From Amoebophrya sp. A120 (Eukaryota; Protista; Dinoflagellata), in assembly GCA_905178155.1 (NCBI GenBank), contig CAJINV010000009.1, positions 3,554,275-3,618,274 of the forward strand: a stretch of 64,000 nucleotides of DNA, given 5' to 3'. Within the stretch, counting starts at the first letter, position 1, and every line of letters begins with the position of its first letter. Under the pieces are notes generated by a model. It worked only from the letters and a program-made list of their open reading frames with translations. It made no database searches and had not been told where the DNA came from. Positions 53,313 to 63,480 of this stretch are shown here, piece by piece. The position numbers were made by a program, and so were the translations under genes.

Positions 53313-56300
53313 ATGTTGGCAGCGCAGGTGGCAGCGGCCGGTGGGGTCGCAGCCCAGCAGCGCATGAGCGGCTCGATGGGGGCACCCCCGCAGATGCCCC
53401 AGCAAGCCCACCCGGGTAGCAAGATGATGCACGACCAAGCGAGCTACGGGTATCCTAAGCAAAAACGTCCCCACGACCCCATAGTCAAGCTGGTAAATCT
53501 GCAAGACAATTCTCCACGCTTTGGGAGGTGTGCATGACAAGTTCCCATCTGCAGTGTAGTGCTGGTCAGCAAGGGCAGACGCATGAGAAAGCCAGTTTAT
53601 CATCGTGTTTACAGCATTCTTGCAAATTCCTAAACACAATTGGAAATGCCTCTCATCATTATGGAGATGCGCATTACAAATGTTCCTGTCATTGCGCAGT
53701 TGCATGACAGCTATGGAGTAGGGACGTTTTTACATAGGATAACAGGGCACCCACCTCCCTCATTCCGCAGACACGGTTCCGGGGCAGGAGGGGCGCTACG
53801 TTCTACGAGTTATCAAATGCAAATATGTCATCTGGGTCTGGAAGATTGCGAGATTTGTCATGCTAGTCTGGCATGACTCTGCACTGCACTCTGTATTGTG
53901 TGCTGGCCACCAAGAGGCTCTCTTGCCTGTCATGCAAAAGCGCACTTTCTCGTGCGAAATACGCATCACACAAGCACGAAAAAACTTGTCATGCTTGGCG
54001 GCGCATGATTACAGAGCACTTATTGGTCACGGACTTGCATCACAAGTTTCCAGACCCAGATGACATTTTTGCATTTGATACGAGTTGAGAAAAGACAACT
54101 GCTTCACGGACATCGCCATGGCGTCCTGGTTATGCATTGCAAAAGTATCGTACTCGTAGTAATCCCATTCATGCATTACAAATTTCTTTCTCAAGTTAAA
54201 TCCGCATTACAAATTTGATTTCTCATGCTGAGGAAATTTGTATTCGCAATTCATACTAGTACGGTACTTTTGCAGTGCATACTGGTTCGAGAATTTCGCG
54301 CTCCTCGTTATCGTCCTGAACGCACTGTGGATCGGGGTGGAGGTTGACATAAACGACGGCACCAAAGACGCACCGCCAGAGGAGCTTTTTGTCGTGGTGG
54401 AAAACGTGTTTTGCGTTCTGTTCACGGCCGAAATCTTCGTCCGCCTCATGAGTTACAAGAAGGCGCTTTTCTTCTGCACCGACAAGGAGCTGCGATTTTG
54501 GAACATCTTCGACTTGCTTTTGGTACCACGCTAGTACAACGTAGTTTGGAGGTTGTCACGCAAATTTCCTGTATGTAGAAATTGTGAAGTTCTTGTAATA
54601 ATCCACCTCATGATCCTGGTGCTCTATCGCGCACAGTATAATAATTGCTATTCAAAGGGACTACTTCTACTACACACCGCGTTGAATTGATTCTTGTAGC
54701 TCGAAGTGCTGTTGAAGACACCCATCATGAAAAACCTACCTCAGGTGCTGTTGATGGTAATAGAAAACTGGATTCTCTCCTGGGCAATGGGCGACTATGG
54801 ATTGCAAAAATGTCTGGGTCTGGAAGATTGCCGTGTTTGTCATGCATATTTGGTATGGCCAAGGATGTCTGTAATGCATGACCTAGCATCACAGATTTTT
54901 ACAAGGCTTCCTGATGCCTATTCCGCATGACAAATTCCGTCCCCGCGTAGCACAAACTGGACTCCTCTTGCTGGTCATGCAATACAAATTTTTTTCGACT
55001 CCCAAGCTAGCATCACAAGTCCCAACTTTCCAGACCCAGACATATTTGCAATGCATAGCGACGAGGAAGGTGCCATGAGCTCGCTGTCCGCGTTGCGTCT
55101 GCTCTATGAATCTGTCAGGATTGAAATCGTCAAAGTTGAAATGGTTTGTCATGCATAAAATGCAAGGCATGAAGTGCCTGTCTTGCCGGGGTGGCAAGTG
55201 AGGCAGATTGTGGGCCTATTTAGGGTTTGGGATAGAACTGCTAAAGGAGCATGACAAAAGCACTGCTCTGTGCCCAAACAGCATGACAAATTGGATTTCG
55301 GTGCTCCGGAAATTTGTCATGCGCCGCTTGAAAATTGGTCTCCCAAGTGGTATCCATTCATGACACATTATTTCAACTTTGTCGATTTCAAACCTGACGC
55401 GTCCATATGCTCAGGTTGCTGCGTATCTCCCGAATCTTTCGAATGGTCCCCGAGCTCGGAATGATGGTCAAATCGATGGCGGCGGCTGCAAGGTACATCG
55501 GCTCATTGTTGAATCAGCTCCTCACATACTTTGGACAAAAACAATGTCAAGAACCAGTGGATGAACTCGAATTTGTTGTGCTGAAGATGCAGAATGTTGT
55601 GACGTGAAGATGTGATAACCCACCTTTGTCATATACGATGTCATCTTCATTCATTTTTGTAAATTTAGCATGACAATAAAAAGAAAAACTACCACCTCTC
55701 CTAGGTCCGTGTCTTCAACGATGGTGCTGGCAGTCGGGCTCATGTACGTCTTCGCCGTTTTATTCACGCAGTGGGGCTATGCATCGCAAATATGTTCTTC
55801 GGGTTTGGAAGATTTGTCATGCGAAACGACTTCGTATTTGAATTTCTTCTACTTTCACGAAAAGAAGTCACATGATCTGGGCTTCTATGTTTGTGATGCG
55901 TCGAGAGTGCGGTTTCTCCCCAGCTTTTTTTGTTTTTTGAAGTGCTGAATGAATAATCTTCATCCTCACAATGCAGCTTGTAAAAATCTAGAGCAGCCCG
56001 AGGACAACATGTTTGCAATGAATATCGGCAAAGAAAAGGAAGACTTCAATGGAAAATGCCGAGACTTGCCAACGCCGTGCGAAGACGATACAAACTACTT
56101 TGGCTCCCTCGGCTGGAGCTTTATGAGCTTGATGCAGATATTGGTACCATCTTGATTTTTTACGATCTCTTGATGCTTCATCGTTTTGGGCAGATGAAGT
56201 AGCGTAGAAATAACTGGAGCTCTGTCATGTGAAAGGAAATTCGTGCCTTTTATTCTTCCCAAGAAATCCGTCCCTGCTTCTTGACACGCGACGAGTATGT

Positions 56301-59300
56301 TTACGTATACATGAAAAAAGTAAAAGTACAGATTATACACGGAACGAAAGCGATGATGAAGCCATCCAAAATAAAGTTGCAACTGATCTTTTCCCCCAAA
56401 TAAGGTATACGACGACACTTTCGCGCTTATCCGCAAGACTTTCCTGGCCAACGCACTCATGGGTCTGCTGCTGATCATCTTCATCCTCGTTGGTGCCTTC
56501 ACGGTGCTCAACATGCTAATTGGTGTCTATGGCGTTCTCGAACGTTACATTCTGAGCTGTTACATGAATTTGTGATGCAAGAACCGCAACAGTGAACGGG
56601 GCAAGCTTGCAGCTTTCGCATCACAAATCCGGCACAGATTTAGGCGCTGTTTAGCCCTTCGGGGATTTGTCATGCGAAGTGGCTTGATTGTCTGGTGGTT
56701 CATGATGTTTTTCGCGGTTCTGACCCTAGATCTCCTGCGTCCGAAGCTGCTTGCGGCGACGGTGCAAAGGTTTTTGAAGTGGCGCAGTCGGGTATGCATG
56801 ACAAATCATGTGACATCAGTTGAGAATGTAACGTTTGAGAATCCCATAGTGTCATCTGCGAGATTGTGTCGACCACAAAAAAGGAAGATATGAACACGAA
56901 GCTTTTCACCTCCGCACAACAAGAATCGGAACTACTACACGTGCCAATCTTGCATGAGAAGTACAACTAGCAGCCTGTCAAGTGTTGTAAGTACCTTTTG
57001 CTTTTTCAGCAACAGAAATAACCTTCGTCTCGGTTTTAGCAAGAACTTGCTGTTTTTTATCCAGGTCCACCTCCACCCGAAATTTGTGATGCGCGATGTG
57101 CTTTGGTGAAACAGGTTTGTGTTGCATAGGAGAGGAAGAGAAGCTACTCATGAACAAGGTCGAGGATCTTTTCGCGCAAATGGACGCCGACGAATCTGGC
57201 ACCATCTCCCGGGAAGAATTCGAAGCCAAGACCGCACTCCTAGAGAAGCTGGGCCTGGACCAGTCCACAATAAGACTAGCCTTCGAACTCATTGATGACG
57301 ACCGCAGTGGAAGCTTGGAAATGCAGGAATTCATACACATGGTATGAAATTTCATGCGATTGTTGTAGTTGTTGCAATACAAATATTAATTAGCATCTTC
57401 CACCGGCGCAGGCATGATGTTATTTTTGATTGTAGCGTTGTTGTGAGATCACTGTACGAACAAATATGACACGTGAGCATGATCACAACCACAAGAAGCC
57501 TCAGAAGCCTCGTTCGCTTGATGTTGATGAAGTGCGGGTAAATAAAAATATGGTTTTGCGGATCATCATGATAGAACCCGAACAGCAAAAGCGGAGCAAC
57601 ACGAAAATCTACACGTGAACTTCTAGCAATATGAAAACGAAAACGCATTCACAAAAACTACACTTAGGTTTTCCGGCTGTTGCACCCCCCGACGTCACAG
57701 GACCTTTTGGTGATAAAACGAAATTTAGCGAAGCTGTGCGACTCCCTCGGTTGCGACGTGTTCGATGCGCCCCCACCCATGAAGGCCAGCAAGAAGAGCG
57801 GACGCGCGACCTCGGGCGGCGGAGGCAATGGCCCCTCGGACGGGGGCTCCGGAAAGGGGGAGGGGGAGAAGGAAGAGAAGGTGGCGAGCGGGTTTGTCAA
57901 GAAGTCAAAGACTATGGCGTTCTCAACTGTTACATCTTCAACTGTTACATGGATTTGTGATGCAAGAATGAAAAAAGAGCAAGGAGGAAGATTGCGCCTT
58001 TTGCATTACAAGTTTGGTGCAGATTATAATGCTATCTAGTGCGTCAAGAACTTGTCATGCGAAGCAGCTTGATCCTGTAGATGTGTATTGTAGTTTTGCA
58101 TTACAAATCCATGTAACAGTTGAGAATGTAACATTTGAGAACGCCATAAAGACCTTCTCGGGGATGGAAACCAGTGTGGCGCAATACAGCATCGATATGC
58201 ATTGCAAAAGTATCGTACTCGTACTAATTGCAACTTCTACGCATGACAAATCTCGTCCTTAAGGTAAAACAGCATGACAAAAAAATCCAGTTCTCATGCT
58301 GGGAAAATTTGTAATGCATTTTTTATACGAGTGCGATACTGTTGCTGTGCATAATCGAGCATGTGGAGCAACAAATCAAAAACGCAGTGGCCCTGGCGGT
58401 CAAGCAGGAGGTGGTGTTATGGAACAAAAGCCTCCAAAGTGTGTCACTGTCGTGTCTGAAAAAATTATTCTTTTTCTTTCTCAGTGTCACCCCGGACGAC
58501 TACACCGGATGTTGACACTACGACAACCTCTACTGCTAGTAGCCGCGCAACAGAAACATAGAAAGTGGTCGAATTATATTCAATGTTTCAGATTGCTACA
58601 CAAGCACACTTTTTTTTGTTCTTGCATAAGCGCCGAGACTAGGGGCAGGAGGAGGAGCGGGCGGCTACGGTGGCTACGATGCCGGCGCGGTATTTTTTTA
58701 CTATGTGGACATGGGATCTACATCTCGATCTAGGTGTGCATGACAGAATTTTTTACAAACGAAAATCGCCTCCGTGTCCGTGTGACTTGTCAACGTGTGT
58801 GAATTGACGAGATAAGTAAACAAAAGTGATTTGCCATGCACAAATGTGAAACAAACACAGATGTCAAACTACGGTGGTGGGGCTTCGAACGAAAATTTGG
58901 AGAGCATCAAGCGCGAAGTCCGGGGCTTGCAGGATTCCGTCCAGCGGGTGGATATGAATTGCAAGAGCATCGTGCTAGTAGTACTTAATCGCATTACAAA
59001 CTTGCTCAGCATGACAAATGGAATTTGTGATGCTGTTTTACCTTAGTAAGGAGACGAGACTCGAATAGCTTCGCCCGCTCGGTGTGACATCGCAAACTTG
59101 CGCTAGAAGGAGCATTTTTCACAAAGTTCACCTCCCGCCGCGGGACGCGCACGCTTTGCGTATCACCTGGGAACAACGTTGCTGCGTCTCGCGCTGCATC
59201 CCCCCGCGGCCTAGTGGATGCGTTTTCAAAGCATGTCGAGCCGGAAACGCGGCTAGAGACGCCTTCGCAGTGCGTTTCTGGTTGGAAATCTAGCAAGCGA

Positions 59301-61837
59301 CGCCGTCGCAGTGCATTTCTAGCTGGAAACCCACCTAGCGACGCCGTCTCAGGGCGTTTCTAGCTAGAAAGCCAGCTAGCGACGCCGCCCCGGTGTGTGT
59401 CCAGCAGGGAATCCAGCTAGCAATGCCGTCCCAGCGCCTTTCTAGCTGAAAGGAAATACGGCCGGAAAGGCAGCGGCAGCGTGTTTCCGGCTAGAGATCC
59501 AGGCGGAAAGGCATCGCCAGCGCGTTCCCAGAACGAAATCCAGCGGGAGAGGCATCGCCAAAGCGCCCCCGGCTGGAAGAAATTCAGCCGGCCGCGTCTT
59601 TGCAGAGTATTGCTAGCGTGAAATGGAGCCGGGGGCGCCTTTTCTTTCAGAGCATTCCTAGCGGGAAACCCAGACGGAGGCGCGTTTTTTTCTAGCCGGG
59701 AGGAAATCCAGCAGGGAGGCAGTGCATTACTTAAAGAGGCATCCGCAAGCAACGCGCCTCCAGCTGGAAATCCATCGAGGGCGCCTCTTCGATGAGTATC
59801 CAGCTGGAGACGCCGTGGCAATGGAAATCCAGCTTGCTGGAAACGCCTTTTCGAGGGAAATCCAGATGGAAACGCATCGAGAAGGCTTTTCCAGCGCTTT
59901 CCCGCCCGACCTTTTCAAAGTGTTGGAAGCTGGATTTCTAGTAGAAGACGGCTTTCGATTTCTAGCTTGGAATCCAGGCGCGGGGAACAGTTTGAAAAGG
60001 CATCCGCGGCGCATTGTTAGCTGGGATTCCAGGTCAAGGCGCCTCAAGGTGTTGCCAGGTGGATAGATTTGCGGGCGGAGATGCCTCGGGGCATTTCCAG
60101 CTGTCAAGAATCGCAAGGCAGCTGATTTCTCTTCGGTTTCCCGGGGTTTCTTCCCGCGTTAGCAAAACTCTTCTGGCTACCCGGGGAAAGGCTTGCCTAG
60201 AAGGATATTGGGTAGGTAATGGGAAGCTATCGGGAAGGGGTGGCAGAGCTGGAGCTCTTCTCGGGTTGTTGTGCTTAGCGCGGCTCTTCAGGCTACCCGG
60301 GGCAAGGATCTTCTAGTAGGGTAGCGGGAGGGTGTTCATTGGGATAGTGGAAATGTGTTGGGAATTTGTTTTTTTTTTCCCGAGTTGCTGCGTTTAGCAC
60401 AGTTATTCTGGCTACCCGGGGCATGGGTTTTCTAGTAGAATGCCTGGAAGGTATTGATGGAGGCATCCATCTGCGCCATCGTTGCACGCCTTCCAGGTGC
60501 AGCGTCCGTGGCTGCGGTTGCCGCCTTCCGTCTCCGTCGGCTGCTCGCGATGTCTCCGTGCCCGCGATCAGCTGAAGCTTTTTTTCCTTAGGGATTTCAT
60601 TAAGAAAGTGACACGCGAGCGCGCGGATCCGATTGACCCCCTACGTCACTCCCCCCCGCCCCTTCGAGATGATGACACTGGGCCCCAATCTGTATGAGTA
60701 GTTTTTATTTTTGGGATGAAGACTTACATGCGGGGGGCCCTCGCCCCCCCCCGCGCCCCCCCCCGCCCTTTCGATATGATGACACTGCGCCCCAATCCGT
60801 ATGAATAGTTTTTATTTTTGGGATGAAGACTTACATGCGGGGGGCCCCCGCCCCCCCCCGCGCCCCCCCCGCCCTTTCGATATGATGATATTGCGCCCCA
60901 ATCTGTATGAAAAGTTTTAGATCTAAGATTATAGCTTTAAGATCTAAGATCATGACTTTTGACATTGCGCCCCGATCTGTAGGGATGCTTTTAAGATCTA
61001 AGACGATAAGAGCCAAGATTATGGCTTTTGAGATGAAGACTCACATGCGGGGGGCCCTCGCCCCCCCCCGCGCCCCCCCCCGCCCCTTCGACGTGATGTT
61101 ATTGGGCCCCAATCTGTATGAGTAGTTTTTATTTTTGAGATGAAGAACTACATGCGGGGGGCCCTCGCCCCCCCCCGCGCCCCCCCCGCCCTTTCGAGAT
61201 GATGACACTGCGCCCCAATCTGTATGAAAAGTCTTTAGTTCTAAGATTATAACTTTAAGATCTAAGATCATGACTTTTGAGACGCTTGGTCATAGCTTTA
61301 AGATCTAAGATTCATTATGAGATGCTTTAAGATTCAGATTAGATGACTTTGAGACGCTTTTTAGAATCTAAGATGATGACTTTTGAAATGAAGACTCCAG
61401 AATTCTGCGATAGGTTTAAGATTTCGTAAGATTTGAGATTGAGATAAGATTTGATAATAAGATTGGCGATTCGAATAAGATTTGAGACTGAGCTAAGATT
61501 TAAGATTCAGATTGAGACTGAGACTTGAGATTGAGACTTGGTGTGAAATTGAATTACTCAATTTGAATTATTCATGAAGTTGAATTATTCAATTTGAATT
61601 ATTCACGAAATTGAATTATTCAATTTGAATTATTCAGAAAATTGAATTATTCGTGAGTCTTGCGATGAAATTGTAGATATGACTATCAATTTGTCATGAT
61701 GCATAACAGCAATTGGTACGAGTGCGATACTCTTGCACTGCATAGTGGAAGTGGTGCTGCAAAATCTACGGGACAAACTGCAGGTTAAGCGACGGTCAAG
61801 CTCGCAGCAACAACAGGGAAACAACTCGTCACAGTAG
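53313..61837 (+). CDS. Second single-domain 6TM voltage-gated cation channel with two EF-hands; last exon lies beyond a 2.8-kb intron
   Basis: WFENFALLVIVLNALWIG; spliced S4 LSALRLLRLLRISRIFR; S6 TVLNMLIGVICEIV; EF-hands DADESGTISREEF and DDDRSGSLEMQEF; terminal join VQRV|EVVLQNLRDKL..stop at 61835-61837. Confidence 0.85.
53451..53741. mobile_element. Introner family K (TATCCT..G.AAAAACGTCCC)
   Basis: TSD ACGGG/ACAGG, which yields GT-AG ends. Confidence 0.87.
53811..54080. mobile_element. Introner family A
   Basis: TSD CGAGT; 3-nt insertion present in both TIR arms. Confidence 0.9.
54131..54281. mobile_element. Introner family B
   Basis: TSD CTGGT; join ASWFEN. Confidence 0.9.
54796..55057. 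mobile_element. Introner family A
   Basis: TSD GCGAC. Confidence 0.9.
55105..55407. mobile_element. Introner family F inside S4
   Basis: TSD TGCTC; join LRLLRLLR. Confidence 0.9.
55778..56024. mobile_element. Diverged A-like introner
   Basis: Flanks GGGGC/TCGGC; join TQWGKEK. Confidence 0.75.
56528..56848. mobile_element. Introner family C
   Basis: TSD GTGTC; join LIGVICE. Confidence 0.9.
56889..57128. mobile_element. Diverged introner (singleton)
   Basis: TSD GAAGA/GGAGA; imperfect TIR TATG(C)AACAC..TTTCACC. Confidence 0.75.
57913..58148. mobile_element. Introner family C
   Basis: TSD AAGAC. Confidence 0.9.
58196..58353. mobile_element. Introner family B
   Basis: TSD ATCGA. Confidence 0.9.
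58418..58628. mobile_element. Strongly decayed introner
   Basis: TATG..GAACAAAA termini; flanks diverged; removing element plus 5 nt restores frame. Confidence 0.55.
60645..61270. repeat. ~107-bp GC-run minisatellite with an AT-rich variant unit
   Basis: CATGCGGGGGGCCC..CCCCCCCGCGCCCCCCCC recurs at 60727, 60834, 61043, 61151. Confidence 0.9.
61545..61652. repeat. 31-bp tandem repeat built from the palindrome TTGAATTATTCAA
   Basis: About 3.5 units of GAAATTGAATTATTCAATTTGAATTATTCAC. Confidence 0.9.
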
Positions 61838-63321
61838 GGGGACGACGCGCGGATGATGTTCTTGGTGTCGTGATTTCGTCAAGTTTATTTCTCAGATGTT
61901 ACATACTCCTTGACAAGAACTACTCCCGGTGCTGTGAAAAAGTAAAAGACACGACATCGACAGTGATATATGGAAAAGCGAAAGAACTCGAAAATGCTAT
62001 GTACAAATGTCTATACCTACGATAGATTTGTTGTCCCTACAACTAAGGAGGTGGAGCGAGAAGATAGTTTTACCTCTGTGCATCAAGAAAGCAATACACT
62101 TCTGGGCTTCATCTTGAGGAGATCATTTTTTTACCCGACGAGGACAACTCCACCTAGTAGAAGATCAGCTTTTCTCCTTTTTCAGGCACAGCAGCATGAA
62201 AAGTGCTAGACCCCCAGCGAGATAGTGGTGTCCTAGTCTTCAAGGAGAACCAAAAATAGTAGTGCCGCAGTGGCTGTGGTGCTGCTTCTGCACAAAATGT
62301 TGACTCGGATAGCATCTATTTCGTCGGAGGTAGTTGTACCGTAGTACTACTAAGGTGTTATTGGTCATTTGATTTTCCACAACGAACAGAGCCGTATGAT
62401 CTAGACCCTGCTGTTGATTGGGTAGTTGCTTGTCGTCGTTCCACCCCCGGCGTCCCCGGCCACAAAAAAACACAGTACAGAGTTGTCGCAGTCATGCTTT
62501 TACTTCATTTCTACCTCCTTGCAGTACTATCCTAATATCTCCTCCTTAAATATAGTCTGTCAATGAAATATTGTGTTTAATTTATCATGAAAGTACGAAA
62601 ATGTATTGCAGCGAGCACGCGGCCGTCGCGTGCTTTGTTTATTATGTTTCCGAAATGAAATCACAATCACAAGCAGAAAGCACGAGCAGAACCTAACCTT
62701 TCGTAGGAGGGATTATATTCACGTAATAAAAAAAAATGCTCGCACAAAAAAATCATCCACTGTATAATTCTGTTGTGAATCTAGACCGCAGCCTGTAGTT
62801 GAAGCTTGTACATAAATTCGACTGAAGAGAACAACTTCTATAAGCGTGAGTATCAACTTGTTATGGTGCTGTACAGAGAAATAGAAGAAAAGCTTAAGCT
62901 AGTGCTTGACGAAGACGACGGAGCCGCCCAGGCGTCGTATCGGCTTGTAAGCACGCCGACGCCACGACGAAGCAGTGCTGGCTTTGTTGCGTTGGCCGTG
63001 TTCTGGAGGAGCAACCAGATGGAAAATCGTTGCAAGACCTACTTTCGGTTGCAGTGCCGCATCGGCATCCTCTCTGCGATGTCCTTGCAGAAGAAGTTAC
63101 TGCTTCATAAAAGGCGTATAATTTTTCATCGGTTTCGTCCTCACACCTTGGCTCCTCGTCCTCCTGCTGCTGTCATCAGGCGACAGGCGATTTTTACTCG
63201 TACACACAGCAGAGGTTCAGAAACTACTGCTAGTACCTCAATACCTCGGTTTTCGTCCTACTTCCCGTGCCCCAGAACAAAGACTCGTCGTACTCCCCTC
63301 GTCTCTGTGAACTTGTCGTTT

Positions 63322-63480
63322 TATGAGGCTCATGCTGTTTGTAATGACGGCTCATGGACAGAGTTTTCTCTGTCGTCGTCATGGACCCCAAAGCCTCTGT
63401 ATGAGGCTCATGCTGTTTATGCAAGACAAATTTCAGATTCTATTGTAACGTTTGGGATTGCAACATCTGAGCAAGCCATA
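63322..63480. mobile_element. Broken family-C introner (one TIR only) at the Top2 truncation
   Basis: 63420-63480 matches the reverse complement of the 9186 left end; internal duplication TATGAGGCTCATGCTGTTT at 63322 and 63400. Confidence 0.7.

Larger units (their letters stand above)
58953..61744. mobile_element. Giant family-B introner carrying ~2.6 kb repeat-rich cargo
   Basis: TSD GTGGA at 58948-58952 and 61745-61749; B-type TIR halves at both ends; in-frame join QRVEVVLQ. Confidence 0.88.

Noticed and set aside
3176-58353. Recurrent peptides in the ORF track (CKNVWVWK, FQTQTFLHLI, CKSIVLV, NVTFEN) as a repeated protein domain
   Set aside because: They are translations of introner TIRs, appear on both strands and in all frames, and vanish after splicing.
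59047-61687. Autonomous transposase inside the giant introner
   Set aside because: Only short low-complexity ORFs; no DDE, tyrosine-recombinase, HUH or reverse-transcriptase motifs recognisable by eye.
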